Positions 30,190 through 43,449 are shown, counted from the stretch's first letter. The stretch is DNA of 64,000 bases from an uncultured Armatimonadetes bacterium (GCA_963717145.1 OY970325.1:3200001-3264000); one strand, 5' to 3'. Numbers and translations: made by a program. Notes: generated from the letters alone by a model not told the origin.

Positions 30190-30960
30190 CTAACCCGTCT
30201 CTTCCAGTAAGCGGGCTATGATCTTCTCAATCGCATCATTGACCGCGGGCAGACTCGCCTGCGGTGCGCGTCCTTCAATCTCGGCCAGACGCAGGGCTTC
30301 ATCATACGGTATCACACCCAGAACCGGCATTGGGGCCACGGAATGCTCCAAAAACTCGGTTTCCTGATCGCTGCGACTCTTGCTGCCGATCACTCCTACG
30401 TGAGTTATGCCGATATCGGCGGCAAGCGACTGAATGCGCTTGGCGGTCTCGACGCTTTGCCGCGTGGGTTCGGCAACTACCAGCAACCAGTCTACACCAG
30501 AAGCGGTGCCTCTGCCAAGGTGCTCGACACCCGCTTCCATATCCATAATAAGGACATCCTGTTCGCTCAGCAAGAGATGGGATACCAGGTTCTTAAGGAA
30601 GACGCTCTCGGCGCAATAGCAGCCGGATCCACCCTTCTTGACCTCGCCCATACGCAGCAGTGCAACCCCTTCATGCTTCGCAGCAAACTTGTCCGCGACA
30701 TCCTCGACGCGAGGATTCAGCTTGAAGAAGCCTCCCGGCGTTCCAGGCTTTGCCCCGGTACGTTCCTCTATGAGTTCAGTCATCTCGCTGAGGGGAACAA
30801 TGCAATCCGGAGAGGGAAATCCCAGGCAGGATGCCAAAGTCGCATTCGGATCCGCATCGACCACCAGAACTCTGTGACCAGTTTTCACAAAGGCGGTTGC
30901 CAGCAGCGCGCAGATCGTTGTCTTTCCTACTCCACCTTTGCCGGTTATCGCTATTTTCAT
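30190..30960 (-). CDS. cooC: CODH Ni-insertion ATPase
   Basis: TGKGGVGKTT, DADPN, GSGCYC, DMEAGVEHLGRGT. Confidence 0.92.
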   Translation of the reverse strand: MKIAITGKGGVGKTTICALLATAFVKTGHRVLVVDADPNATLASCLGFPSPDCIVPLSEMTELIEERTGAKPGTPGGFFKLNPRVEDVADKFAAKHEGVALLRMGEVKKGGSGCYCAESVFLKNLVSHLLLSEQDVLIMDMEAGVEHLGRGTASGVDWLLVVAEPTRQSVETAKRIQSLAADIGITHVGVIGSKSRSDQETEFLEHSVAPMPVLGVIPYDEALRLAEIEGRAPQASLPAVNDAIEKIIARLLEETG

Positions 30961-31076
30961 ACGTACATTATCCCGCTGAGTTGCCCCGGCTCAAACACCA
31001 GGCAGCTTTTCAGCCCCAACGGCTGACATCGATGACACCACGGGCTTCCGCTGGTGTCATCTTTGTCCTTTTTGTA

Positions 31077-31105
31077 ACAATATCACTCGTTTCCGCGATT
31101 GTCAA
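31077..31105 (-). promoter_or_regulatory. Sigma70-type promoter of the cooC-acs operon
   Basis: TTGACA-17 bp-TATTGT in an AT-rich island; overlaps a TTGT-N10-ACAA dyad at 31063-31080. Confidence 0.65.
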
Positions 31106-31237
31106 GTGAAAAGGCGGATTGGGTGCATTTCGGGAGAAAAACGGGCGTGCACAAGGGGTGGAGCGCGGTGATGCCGACCGGGAACGATCGTCATCGCGCG
31201 CTCGGGAACTCCTCCAGCCACCGGAGTCGGGCATATC

Positions 31238-32197
31238 TCAGCTCGTCAAGAGCCTGACCTGATCGAGTATATCCTCGGCCGATGAGCCTCTGGGTATGTA
31301 CGTACCGTGATACCTGAGCCCCTGCAGGATCGGCCCCAGAATCTGGTAGCCCGTGAACTTCTGGAAGATCTTGATCGCGATGTTACCGGCGCTCAGATCG
31401 GGGAAGACCAGTACATTCGCGCTGCCCGCGACCGAGCTGGACGGAGACTTCGCTCCTGCCACGGAGGGAATGAGCGCGGCATCTATCTGCATCTCGCCGT
31501 CGACCGCAAGGTGCGGTTTCCGAGTTCGCGTCAGAGCGACGGCATCCCGAATCTTGACCGCCGCCGGATGATCGGAGCTTCCAAGGGTGGAGAACGACAG
31601 GAAAGCCACCTTGGCCTCAGTCCCGGTCATTCGCTCGTAGTTTGCCGCCGACTGTATGGCGATATCCGCAAGCTGCTCGACCGTCGGCTCTGGAACAACG
31701 CTCACGTCCGCCATCCCCACGACCTGACTTCTGACAAACTGGCAGTCGTCGAACGCCACGAGGGACATGCCCGACACGGTCTTGCAGTCGTCAGCCACGC
31801 CCAGGAGCTTCAGAAAGACCCGTATCACGTGAGTCGGTGTCGAGGTCGCACCGCCGAGGACGGCATCGGCCAGGCCGTTCCGCACAAACCATGCGCCTGC
31901 GACGACCGGATCGGTCGGATCGAATGTGTCGCCCAGACCAAACTCGGCGAGTGACGCTTTGATCGCATCCTGCGTCTTTTCGCTTTCGTATTCGAGGACT
32001 TCGATCCCGTCCAGGGAGGTTCTGTATCCGACGGCCGCTTTGTCCAGCTCGTCGTAGTCGCCAAGGAGCATGACCTTCGCGAGCTTGTGCTGGTTCAGGG
32101 AATGAGCAGCCCTCAGCACTCGCTGATCGAACGACTCGCAGAGCACAACACGTGGAAGCCTTGCGGTCGGCTTTGAGAATTGTTGTAAAATAGCCAT
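31238..32197 (-). CDS. pta: Phosphate acetyltransferase family protein (catalytic domain only, divergent)
   Basis: LSFSTLGS, VDGEMQIDAAL, ANVLVFPDLSAGNI, GPILQGL, RGSSAEDI. Confidence 0.8.
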   Translation of the reverse strand: MAILQQFSKPTARLPRVVLCESFDQRVLRAAHSLNQHKLAKVMLLGDYDELDKAAVGYRTSLDGIEVLEYESEKTQDAIKASLAEFGLGDTFDPTDPVVAGAWFVRNGLADAVLGGATSTPTHVIRVFLKLLGVADDCKTVSGMSLVAFDDCQFVRSQVVGMADVSVVPEPTVEQLADIAIQSAANYERMTGTEAKVAFLSFSTLGSSDHPAAVKIRDAVALTRTRKPHLAVDGEMQIDAALIPSVAGAKSPSSSVAGSANVLVFPDLSAGNIAIKIFQKFTGYQILGPILQGLRYHGTYIPRGSSAEDILDQVRLLTS

Positions 32198-32208
32198 GCA
32201 ACTCCTCC

Positions 32209-34371
<2,163 letters not shown>

Positions 34372-34396
34372 TACAGTAGCCACCTCCACCAACCCA

Positions 34397-34453
34397 TTAG
34401 CCAGCATTAGCTGTTGTTAGCTTCAGTCTACCGCACCCGGACGATTCTGTCAA
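34397..34453 (-). promoter_or_regulatory. Promoter of HTH-acs with three phased GCTAA direct repeats
   Basis: TTGACA (34453-34448)-17 bp-TAGACT (34430-34425); TTAGC at 34397, 34407 and 34417 on the + strand. Confidence 0.7.
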
Positions 34454-35310
34454 CAGGTTTTCTGCTCGTAACAGCGTCCCCCGGCATGAATTTCTTCGAG
34501 CCGGTCGAGAGCCTCTTTCTCCTCGGACAGGTACATCTTCTTACGCGCCACCAACTGATCCCAGTCCACCTCGTGGGCGTCGAAGTCCGGACCGTCGACG
34601 CAGGTGAATCTCGTCTTGCCGCCGACCGAGACGCGACACGCGCCGCACATTCCGGTGCCATCGACCATGATCGAGTCGAGGCTGACGATTGTCTTCAGCC
34701 CGGCGGGTTCCGTGATCCCGGCGACGACTCTCATCATCGGAACGGGGCCGATGGCATAGACCATGCTGATCTTTCGTCCGCTATCGATGATCTCCGTGAG
34801 CACGTTGCTGACGAAGCCTTTCCGGCCGTAGCTGCCGTCATCCGTCGTGATATGCAGTTCGTCACTGGCGGCGCGCATCTCATCCTCGAGGATCAGCAGT
34901 TCCTTGCACCGCGCCCCGACAATCGAGATCACTGTGTTGCCGGCGTTCTTGAGCGCGCGCGCGATCGGTCTGAGTTCAGCAACGCCGATGCCGCCGCCCA
35001 CGCAGACCACCGTCCCGAAATTCTCGACCTCGGTGGCCCGACCGAGCGGACCCACGACGTCGCGTATGGAATCGCCTTGTTCCACCCGGCCCAACTCCTT
35101 GGTGGATCGGCCCACGTGCTGAAAGATGATGGTGATGTTGCCGCTATCTTTGTCCCAATCGGCGAGAGTAAGCGGGATTCGCTCGCTCTTTTCGTGCAGC
35201 CGGACAATGACGAACTGCCCCGCCTGCGCCTTCGCGGAGATCAGCGGCGCATGGATCTCGAGCTGTGTCACGATCTCTCCGAGCTTCTTCTTGCCAACGA
35301 TGGTATACAC
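34450..35310 (-). CDS. NfnA/SudB-like FAD/NAD-binding 2Fe-2S subunit
   Basis: AGQFVIVR, ERIPLT, GPLG, GGGIG, IGPVPMM, MVDGTGMCGACRV, CVDGPDFDAH; GTG start with GGAGG. Confidence 0.9.
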   Translation of the reverse strand: MYTIVGKKKLGEIVTQLEIHAPLISAKAQAGQFVIVRLHEKSERIPLTLADWDKDSGNITIIFQHVGRSTKELGRVEQGDSIRDVVGPLGRATEVENFGTVVCVGGGIGVAELRPIARALKNAGNTVISIVGARCKELLILEDEMRAASDELHITTDDGSYGRKGFVSNVLTEIIDSGRKISMVYAIGPVPMMRVVAGITEPAGLKTIVSLDSIMVDGTGMCGACRVSVGGKTRFTCVDGPDFDAHEVDWDQLVARKKMYLSEEKEALDRLEEIHAGGRCYEQKTC

Positions 35311-35359
35311 TCTAAACCGCCTCCGAATCTGTGCGATCGTGTCAACGATCACCTTTGCA

Positions 35360-35388
35360 ATAATAATCACGAATCAGGATTGTGTCAA
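35360..35388 (-). promoter_or_regulatory. Sigma70-type promoter of the nfnA-like gene
   Basis: TTGACA-17 bp-TATTAT. Confidence 0.65.
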
Positions 35389-35503
35389 GCCCGCGAGCAG
35401 ACGGACGCAGTTCACGATTCGGGATCGCAGATGTCTCATCATCACAAGGAATGATTCCTCTCCAGGGCGAAATGTACTCCTGACTTGCACTCACTGTCGT
35501 CGC

Positions 35504-35568
35504 GTAGTGGCCGTGCCTCCGTGCCGGCCTTACAACGCCGCTGGCCGGCACGGAGGCACGGCCACTAC
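35504..35568. repeat. REP-like palindrome, family C (GTAGTGGCCGTGCCTC)
   Basis: Inverted arms; second copy at 54303-54367. Confidence 0.9.
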
Positions 35569-35591
35569 GGACGGTTTCGAGGAGGCGCACA

Positions 35592-37172
35592 ATGGGTTTC
35601 GGCATCCGGGCGGCCGTTTCCTCGACCGCACTGCTCCTGTTACTTATATACCCATCCGCGGCCGCGGAGAAAGGGGCCACCTCGATGGTCGGCGCAAAGA
35701 TCACCATCCATTCCGATCGCGTCATCGGCACAATCAATCCGAACATATACGGCCACTTCACCGAGCATATCGGCGGGTGCATCTACGACGGCATCTGGGT
35801 CGGCAAGGACTCGAGCGTGCCGAATCTAGACGGGATCCGCAAGGAACTCATCGACTACATGAAGCGCATCAGCCCGCCGGTTATCCGCTGGCCCGGGGGA
35901 TGTTTCGCCGACAGATACCACTGGATGGACGGCATCGGACCGGCGGACCAGCGCCCGAAGCGATATGGCCGATGGTCCGATGTGACCGAGCCGAACACCT
36001 TCGGCACACATGAGTTCATCCGCTTCTGCAGGCTCGTCGGCGCGGAGCCCTATCTCGCGGCCAACGTCGGGACCGGCACGGCGGAGGAGTTCCAGCAGTG
36101 GGTCGAGTACTGCAACGCCCCCACAGGCAAGACAACACTCGCCGAGCTTCGGGAGAAGAATGGCTCGAAGGAACCGTTCGACGTGAAGTATTGGGGCGTC
36201 GGGAACGAGTCCTGGGGATGCGGGGGCACCTTCATCCCGGAGGACTATTGCACAGAATACCGCAAGTTCACGACCTGGCTTCCGGCATACGGCAAGCCGC
36301 TCTATCTCATCGGCTGCGGCCCGAATGGAAACGATGCCAACTGGACGAGGCGGTTCTTCGCCAAGTTTCGTGACTACGCCGGCGCTCCGATCAGCGGCTG
36401 GGCGCCGCACTACTACTGCGGAACCGCCGGGACCGCGCTGGAGTTCACCGATGACCAGTGGTACGAGTTGATCGCCCGCGCTTACGAGATGGAGAAGCTG
36501 GTGAACGACCAGTGGAATGCGCTCACGGAGCATGATCCCCGCCACGAGATCAAGCTGATCGTCGACGAATGGGGCGCATGGCATCCAAGCGGCACCGAGA
36601 TCAACAAGGCGCACCTGTTCGAGCAGATGAGCACTCTTCGGGACGCTCAGGTCGCGGCGGTCACGCTGGATATCTTCAACCGCAATTGCGACAAGGTGGC
36701 GATGTCGTGCGTCGCCCAGTTGGTGAGCAACCTGCACTCGCTCTTCCTGGCCGACGGATCGAAGTTCGTCGCCACCCCGAACTTCTACGTCTACGAGATG
36801 TACAAGGTCCACCAGGGAGCGATGGGGGTGCAGATCGAGATGGCGTCACCGATCGTGGACTTCAAGGTAGGCGATCAGGCGCGGACCTTCGCCGGCTTGC
36901 TCGGGTCGGCGTCGGTCTCGGGCAAGACTATGCACATCTCGGTGGTCAACACGGACGTCCGCCGAGCCATGGAGACGGATATCGACCTAGGCGGAGTGAA
37001 GGCGACCGGCGGGAAGCAGACGGTTCTGACGGCAGAGGACATCCACGCGCACAACACATTCGAGAAGCCCAACGAGGTCGTTTCGGCCTCGTCGCCGCTC
37101 TCGGTTTCCGGGAGCACATTCAAGCATACCTTCCCACCGGCATCGATCACGATGCTGGAACTCGATATCTAG
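35592..37172 (+). CDS. Secreted GH51 alpha-L-arabinofuranosidase
   Basis: Signal peptide, YGHFTEH, RWPGGCFAD, FGTHEF, WGVGNESWGCGG, VDEWGAW, HNTFEKP. Confidence 0.92.
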   Translation: MGFGIRAAVSSTALLLLLIYPSAAAEKGATSMVGAKITIHSDRVIGTINPNIYGHFTEHIGGCIYDGIWVGKDSSVPNLDGIRKELIDYMKRISPPVIRWPGGCFADRYHWMDGIGPADQRPKRYGRWSDVTEPNTFGTHEFIRFCRLVGAEPYLAANVGTGTAEEFQQWVEYCNAPTGKTTLAELREKNGSKEPFDVKYWGVGNESWGCGGTFIPEDYCTEYRKFTTWLPAYGKPLYLIGCGPNGNDANWTRRFFAKFRDYAGAPISGWAPHYYCGTAGTALEFTDDQWYELIARAYEMEKLVNDQWNALTEHDPRHEIKLIVDEWGAWHPSGTEINKAHLFEQMSTLRDAQVAAVTLDIFNRNCDKVAMSCVAQLVSNLHSLFLADGSKFVATPNFYVYEMYKVHQGAMGVQIEMASPIVDFKVGDQARTFAGLLGSASVSGKTMHISVVNTDVRRAMETDIDLGGVKATGGKQTVLTAEDIHAHNTFEKPNEVVSASSPLSVSGSTFKHTFPPASITMLELDI

Positions 37173-37193
37173 GATGTGCGGAATCGGCAGACC

Positions 37194-37262
37194 GTAGGGG
37201 CGATCCTTCAACGGTCGCCCGTCGCCTGAATTCGCGGGCGACCGTTGAAGGATCGCCCCTAC
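37194..37262. repeat. REP-like palindrome, family A
   Basis: GTAGGGGCGATCCTTCAACGGTCGCCC...GGGCGACCGTTGAAGGATCGCCCCTAC. Confidence 0.92.
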
Positions 37263-37294
37263 GGTCTGCGGTCTGCCGATTCCAAAGGGAGAAC

Positions 37295-37861
37295 ATGTTC
37301 GATTACACCGAGGCGATGGAATGCCTCATCAGACACATAATCGCCCACTGCCCTGAGTTCGCGCATGTGGACATGGAGCGCGTCGTCGTCGCCTCGATCC
37401 AGACGCGCAGTCCGGGCGCACACGGCGTCTATGCCTCCGTGCAGCCTCTCAGGTTCAAGGGGGGCACTGATACGATGAAGCGCCGTGGACGGACGTATGC
37501 CATGCCGGTGGTTCAGGTCGATGAGATCGAGATGAAGTACATTATGTACTTCGCGCTCCCCCGGTTCGCCGAACTCGACTTCCAGGCGAAGATGACGACC
37601 GTCTTCCACGAGTTGTTCCACATCGGCCCGAAGTTCGACGGCGACATCCGGCGGTTCCCGGGGAAGAACTACGCGCACGGGCACTCGCGGAAGAAGTTCA
37701 ATGCGCTCGTCCAGGTTTTCGCAGACGAGTACCTCGGGCTCCCGGAGTCCGAGCTGCCCACCGATTTCCTGCGAATGAGCTTCAAGGAGTTGCAGGCGAG
37801 GTACGGAGGGGTCGAAGGCCGAAGAGTCAGACCACCGCGTCCGAAGCTCATTTCGGGTTGA
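37295..37861 (+). CDS. Putative zinc metallopeptidase
   Basis: FHELFHI (HExxH) plus FDGDIRRF; GGAG RBS before ATG 37295. Confidence 0.7.
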   Translation: MFDYTEAMECLIRHIIAHCPEFAHVDMERVVVASIQTRSPGAHGVYASVQPLRFKGGTDTMKRRGRTYAMPVVQVDEIEMKYIMYFALPRFAELDFQAKMTTVFHELFHIGPKFDGDIRRFPGKNYAHGHSRKKFNALVQVFADEYLGLPESELPTDFLRMSFKELQARYGGVEGRRVRPPRPKLISG

Positions 37862-37891
37862 CAATCGAACGAGCTTATTGCTATATTTCGT

Positions 37892-37961
37892 GTAGGGGCG
37901 AAGCATTGGCTTCCGAATGCCCATGATTGTCGGATAGCGGTGGCCAATGCTTCGCCCCTAC
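37892..37961. repeat. REP-like palindrome, family B, in the Lrp gene leader
   Basis: GTAGGGGCGAAGCATTGGC...GCCAATGCTTCGCCCCTAC; preceded by a TTGACA-18-TATATT promoter-like sequence. Confidence 0.9.
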
Positions 37962-37979
37962 TGAGGAAGGACCATCTCC

Positions 37980-38459
37980 ATGAGAGAGATACTGAAGATT
38001 CTCGAATCGGACTCAAGGCTCAGCCAGGAGGAGATCGCGACGATGGTCGGCAAGCCCCTGGAGGAAGTCCGCCGGACCATCGAGGAGTGCGAGCAGAAGG
38101 GCATCATTCGCCGGTACAAGACGGTCATCGACTGGGAGAAGCTCGGCGAGGAGCGCATCTTCGCGTTCATCGATGTCAGCGTCTCCCCGGAGCGCGGAGT
38201 CGGCTTCGATGACATCGCCGAGCGGATCTACCGGTTCCCCGAGGTCCATTCGGTCTACCTCGTGTCAGGCACGCACGATCTGCGCGTGGTCGTCGAGGGA
38301 GACAGCATGAAAGAGGTGGCCTTCTTCGTCGCCGAGAAGCTCTCGACGATCGACCGCGTCCACGGAACCGCGACCCATTTCCTGCTGAAGACCTACAAGC
38401 AGGACGGCGACATCTTCGAGACTCCTGAGCCGGATCGACGCCTCGCTGTTGCACCGTAG
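37980..38459 (+). CDS. Lrp/AsnC family transcriptional regulator
   Basis: N-terminal HTH (ILKILESDSRLS), VYLVSGTHDL, TATHFLLKTYK. Confidence 0.92.
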   Translation: MREILKILESDSRLSQEEIATMVGKPLEEVRRTIEECEQKGIIRRYKTVIDWEKLGEERIFAFIDVSVSPERGVGFDDIAERIYRFPEVHSVYLVSGTHDLRVVVEGDSMKEVAFFVAEKLSTIDRVHGTATHFLLKTYKQDGDIFETPEPDRRLAVAP

Positions 38460-38479
38460 GCCGCGGGATCCCTCCTTCC

Positions 38480-38634
38480 GCAGGGGCGATCCTTCAACGG
38501 TCGCCCGTGGATGCCGGGTGGGGCGACCGTTGAAGGATCGCCCCTGCGGAAGAGAGGGGAGCTGCGGCCGCCCTGATCCCCTGACGGCGGGTGTCGTCGG
38601 GGGTTGCCCTGACGACACCCGCCGTCAGGGGATC
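38480..38634. repeat. Family A palindrome (38480-38547) plus a second hairpin GATCCCCTGACGGCGGGTGTCGTC (38575-38634)
   Basis: Inverted arms; the second hairpin is related to 50737-50768. Confidence 0.85.
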
Positions 38635-38676
38635 GGATCCATCACGGTATACGCACAAGCGAGGTACTCCTGAGCC

Positions 38677-39831
38677 ATGCCAGACATATCAAAGAGAATC
38701 CAATCGGTGCCCCCGTCGGGCATCCGCAAGTTCTTCGACATCGTCCTCACGATGGAGGGTGTCATCTCCCTCGGAGTCGGCGAGCCCGACTTCGTCACGC
38801 CCTGGCGCATCCGTGAGGCGTGCATCTACTCGCTGGAGAAGGGCTACACGACCTACACTTCCAACTACGGCCTGATCGAGTTACGTGAGGCGGTTTCCGC
38901 GCACATCGAGGGCCGGTACGGCGTTCGGTATGACCCGAACTCCCAGGTGCTGATCACCGTCGGGGTCAGCGAAGCGATCGACCTCGCACTCCGCGCGATC
39001 CTCGAGCCGGGCGAGGAGGTGCTCGTCCCCGAGCCGTCGTTCGTCGCCTATAAGCCGTGCGTGACCTTCGCCGGTGGAACGCCGATCGCCATCCCAACAA
39101 CCGTCGAGACCGGATTCACGCCGACTCCCGAGCAGATCGAGGCCGCGATCACTCCCAGGACCAAGGCGATCCTCCTCAGCTTTCCGAGCAACCCGACCGG
39201 CGCGGTCATGTCACGCGAGGCGATGCAGTCGATAATGGACATCGCCGCCGCCCGCGACCTGTTCGTCATCTCGGACGAGATCTACGACCAGCTCATCTAT
39301 GGCGTCCGGCACACGTGCGTCGCGGCCCTCGACGGCGGGTACGAGCGCACGATCCTGTTGAACGGCTTCTCGAAGGCCTACGCAATGACGGGTTGGCGCA
39401 TCGGATACGCCCTCTGCCGGCCCGATGTGCTCGATGCGATGATGAAGATCCACCAGTACATCATGATGTGCGCCCCCATCACCGCGCAGATGGCCGCGTT
39501 GGAGGCGCTGAAGAACGGCTGCAACGACACGCAGGACATGCTGCGGGAGTATGACCGGCGGCGGCGGCTGATCGTCGCCGGGATGAACAAAGTCGGGCTC
39601 GACTGCTTTGAGCCCAGAGGCGCGTTCTACGTGTTTCCGTCTGTACAGCGCACCGGCATGTCGTCCGAGGAGTTCGCCGAGCGCCTGCTCCACGAGGAGC
39701 GGGTCGCCGTCGTGCCGGGGAATGCATTCGGGGACTGCGGCGAGGGGTATATCAGGTGCGCATATGCCACGAGCCTGCAGAACATCCAGCAGGCACTCGA
39801 GCGCATCGGACGGTTCATGGAGAAGCTGTGA
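38677..39831 (+). CDS. PLP-dependent aminotransferase class I/II
   Basis: SLGVGEPDF, PSNPTG, SDEIY, GFSKAYAMTGWRIGY. Confidence 0.93.
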   Translation: MPDISKRIQSVPPSGIRKFFDIVLTMEGVISLGVGEPDFVTPWRIREACIYSLEKGYTTYTSNYGLIELREAVSAHIEGRYGVRYDPNSQVLITVGVSEAIDLALRAILEPGEEVLVPEPSFVAYKPCVTFAGGTPIAIPTTVETGFTPTPEQIEAAITPRTKAILLSFPSNPTGAVMSREAMQSIMDIAAARDLFVISDEIYDQLIYGVRHTCVAALDGGYERTILLNGFSKAYAMTGWRIGYALCRPDVLDAMMKIHQYIMMCAPITAQMAALEALKNGCNDTQDMLREYDRRRRLIVAGMNKVGLDCFEPRGAFYVFPSVQRTGMSSEEFAERLLHEERVAVVPGNAFGDCGEGYIRCAYATSLQNIQQALERIGRFMEKL

Positions 39832-39839
39832 TTCGTTCC

Positions 39840-39908
39840 GTAGGGGCGATCCTTCAACGGTCGCCCGCCAGCGCCGAAGGCGGGCGACCGTTGAAGGATC
39901 GCCCCTAC
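39840..39908. repeat. REP-like palindrome, family A
   Basis: Same arms as 2121-2181. Confidence 0.92.
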
Positions 39909-39979
39909 GGAACACGTGAGTGCCCTGTAACATTTGCCTGCACGGCCTCGTATATGCTGAACAGAAAGGACCTGATCCT

Positions 39980-42900
39980 ATGCCAAGATTTCGCTTACTC
40001 GCCTTGCTTCTGCTGATCGCCCTCTCTGTGACCGCATATGCCGCTGACCGCGTCACATGCATGACCACCTGGGACGAATTCTACCTCTACGCCGCCATCC
40101 AGGTGCAGGACCCGGTCGTCGAGAGCACCAACGTCAAGCATATGTCGAACCCCTGGGAGGACGACGACATCGAGATATTCCTCGAGACCGACGCTGCTCG
40201 CGCGGCGGATCGGTCTCCCAGCACATTCCAGATGGCCGTCAGCGCGGGCGGGGGGTCGAACTGGCTCGTCGGCGAGAACGGCAAGGCGACTCCCAGGACG
40301 ATATTCACATTCAAGCTCGCCAAGAAGGTCGATGGCACGCTGAATAAGCAGAGCGACAAAGACATCGGCTACACGATCGAGCTGGCCATCCCCTGGAAGG
40401 AAGTCGGTGGCGCGCCCGAGCCCGGACGGATCATGGGATTCAACCTGATCTGTCGAATGAGAGGCGAGAACACCGGCTTCGTAAGCCTGTCGCCTGAGGT
40501 CAAGACCGAAGACGACGTCCAGGTCCCGGCCAAGTGGTCGAAGATCAAGTTTGTCGCTTCCCCGACTATCGTCGCCATTCAGGACGGAGCGATCGTCTCG
40601 CGCAAGGTGATCAGCCGCGCACCGGTGATCGACGGCGTGATCAGCCCGAGGGAGTGGAATACCGATCTCAGCTTCCAACTCGTGAGACCGCCCTCGATCC
40701 CTCTTCCGCCCGAGAAGCAGAAGTACATGATGGAGCGGCTCTCGCTCACGCCGTACCTCTACTCATACCAGGCTGATGATCGCAAAGAGGGAGGCGCCAG
40801 CGGGCTCTTGGGAAGCTGCGGCATTGGCACCGGGCTCGTCGATCAGCCGATCAAGGGTGTAGGCCCATGGTTCTCATACGATCAGGTCCAGTCGCACAAA
40901 GACGAACTGGCGGACATCCGCGATGCAAACATCGATGTCGTCTTGCCTTTCTACAGGAGTTCTGATCCCGGTGCGGCCAAAGGCCTCGACTGCATGGTCC
41001 AGGCGCTCAAGGAATTGAAGTCCGAGGGCAAGGACTATCCGCTCGTCGGCATGTTCCTCGACACCATGAGCGTGGCCTCCCCTTACCACACCACGCCCGA
41101 TCTCAAGAGCGATGAGGTCAAGCAGACCTTCTACGGCATCATCAAGGGCTTCTTCCTCCACGTGCCGGATGAGTTCCGTGCGGCGTTCCAACTCCCACCC
41201 GAGAAGGGCGGGGGGGCCGCCAACATCCTGGTCCTCGGAACCGCCGGGTGGTTCGAGCGATCTCGATGGAGGCTTCGTCGAGTACTGCAACAAGCGTTTT
41301 GCGGAGGACTTCGGGAGCAAGCTTGTCTGGATCGGCTCGTCGAACTACCGTCCGAAGGCCGATGTCCTGGACGGCTACTTCGACAGCGGCGCGGGCATGG
41401 GCCTCAAGTTCGACGACACCGGCTGGATCGACATCGCGGGCGTCGGTCCGGGCTACGACGACTCCCCCCGGTGCCCCCCTGCCAACAAGCCCAACATCCG
41501 CAGCCGCATGGGTGGAGGCGCCTACCGCGCCGACTGGGATGCGCTCGTGCCGAAGTCGCCGAATTGGCTGATCGTCGATAACTGGAACGACTTCCACGAC
41601 GGCAGCGAGATCTGTGCCAGCCGCCAATACGGCGTCCGGTACATCAGCCTGACCAAGATCAACATGCTGCGGTTCAACGGCATGCATCCCTACGACGCCA
41701 AGTTCGTGAAGCACAATACGCCGGCGATAGTGTCTCCCGGGGTGGTTCAGCAGGTCGAACTGACGATCCGGAATGCGGGCACGAAGGCCTGGTACGCCGG
41801 CGACGGCATATTCGTGACCTCGCGCTGGTACAAAGACGGCGTGCTCTTCGCGGATTCGGGCATCCGAGTGCCGATCCAGGACATCGTCCCGGCGGGCAAG
41901 AGCATCGACAAGATGGTCGGCGTGATGGTGGTCGATCAGGATCGCAACCCGCTGGCGGAGGGCGACTACGAGCTTCGATGGGAACTCCTCCGGGGCCGCG
42001 ACGAGTGGTTCAGCAGCGGTGGAGATGCGCCGCTCATCGTGCCGGTCAAGGTGTCCGCCTCCGGACCTCCGGGATTCACGCTCGTCGGCTCGACCGCTCC
42101 CGCGTTGATGAAGTCGGGCGCGACATATCAGGTCAAGCTCAAGGTGCGGAACGACGGCCCGACGGCATGGACGACCGCTTCGACGAAGATCGGGTATCGC
42201 TGGCTGAAGACCGCCGATCCGGTCGAGATTCTTGCCGCCAATGACGCCGCCGCATCCTTCGCCGCTGACGTACTGCCGGGCCGGATCGTGGAAGTTACCG
42301 TGCCCGTTTCAGTGACCGGCACGGATGGCGCTCCCCTTCCGGTTTGGACGCAGAAGGATCTCTGGAGCTATCTGCTCAGGTGGGATGTCTTCGACGGCCA
42401 GAAGTGGCTCGCGGGCACCGCCGCCGGACAGTCGTCCGAAGCGGTCGCGGTCACAGCTACGGACCTCGGTCCCAAGTTCGTCGAGAGCGATACCCCCGAG
42501 GAGATGAACGCGGGTAAGAAGCACACCGTGCTGGTCACGCTCCGGAACACCGGCGTCGAAACCTGGGACAAGGCGTCGTATACGGTCGGATATCATTGGT
42601 ACTACCTCGACGGTACGCCGGCAATCCCGGACGGTATGAAGACACCGCTCCCCAGCGCAGTTGCTCCCGGAGGACAGGCGATCGTGAAGGCGCAGGTCAT
42701 TGCCCCCCGTTTCGACGGGCAGTATTACCTCATGTGGGACCTGGCGGTCGGGGACACGTGGGCTTCGACGACCGACAACACTCGCGGGGGGAACACACTC
42801 GTCGTCCCGGTCAATATCGTGAAGGGCAAGCTCATCGCCCAGGACCTGACGAAATCCTTCGACGCAGATGTCATCTCCTGGGAAACCGACCCCAAGAACG

Positions 42901-43433
42901 GCGATTTCGACGCGGGCCTGACGTTCCCGGCCGAGTTCATACCGCCTCAGGTACTGATGAAGGGCTTCCCGAACTCCCTCTGGCCCTGCGGTGTGGGGTC
43001 CAGCGATGCTCAAGGCGGTCTTTCGTCGCTGCGGTCGATCTCGTTCAAGTATCCGTCGAAGCTCGACGATGCGATGAATGCGGTGACGTGCAAGGGGCAG
43101 ACGATCAACCTCAAGTCCGGGCGATATGCTTCGGTGCATATCCTGGCCGCCTCGGCGCAGGATGCATCGGCGGAATTCGGATTGGCCTACGGGGCGAAGA
43201 CATCGAAGACCCCGGTCAAGTTCACCGCATGGGATATCGCGCCGAAGTTCGGCGAGCATGCGGCGTTCGTGGGCCTGAACCGCCATTCGCCCGACGGCGT
43301 TCAGCCCGGGAAGGCGTGCTACCTGAACCACTACACGATCCCGGCGGACTCGGCCTCGGATTTGACGGCGATCAGTCTGCCGAACGACCCGGGAATCAAG
43401 ATCCTCGCAATCACCCTCGAGAAGGCGGAGTAG
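39980..43433 (+). CDS. Large secreted multidomain protein (CBM9-like + DUF5010/GH99-like + Ig-like repeats), frameshift at ~41255
   Basis: Signal peptide; WEDDDIEIFL..YTIELAIPW (CBM9-like); VGPGYDD, NWNDFHDGSEI; repeated N.G..W/GY.W Ig-like modules. Confidence 0.65.
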
Positions 43434-43449
43434 CTTTGGAGTGCGGAGA

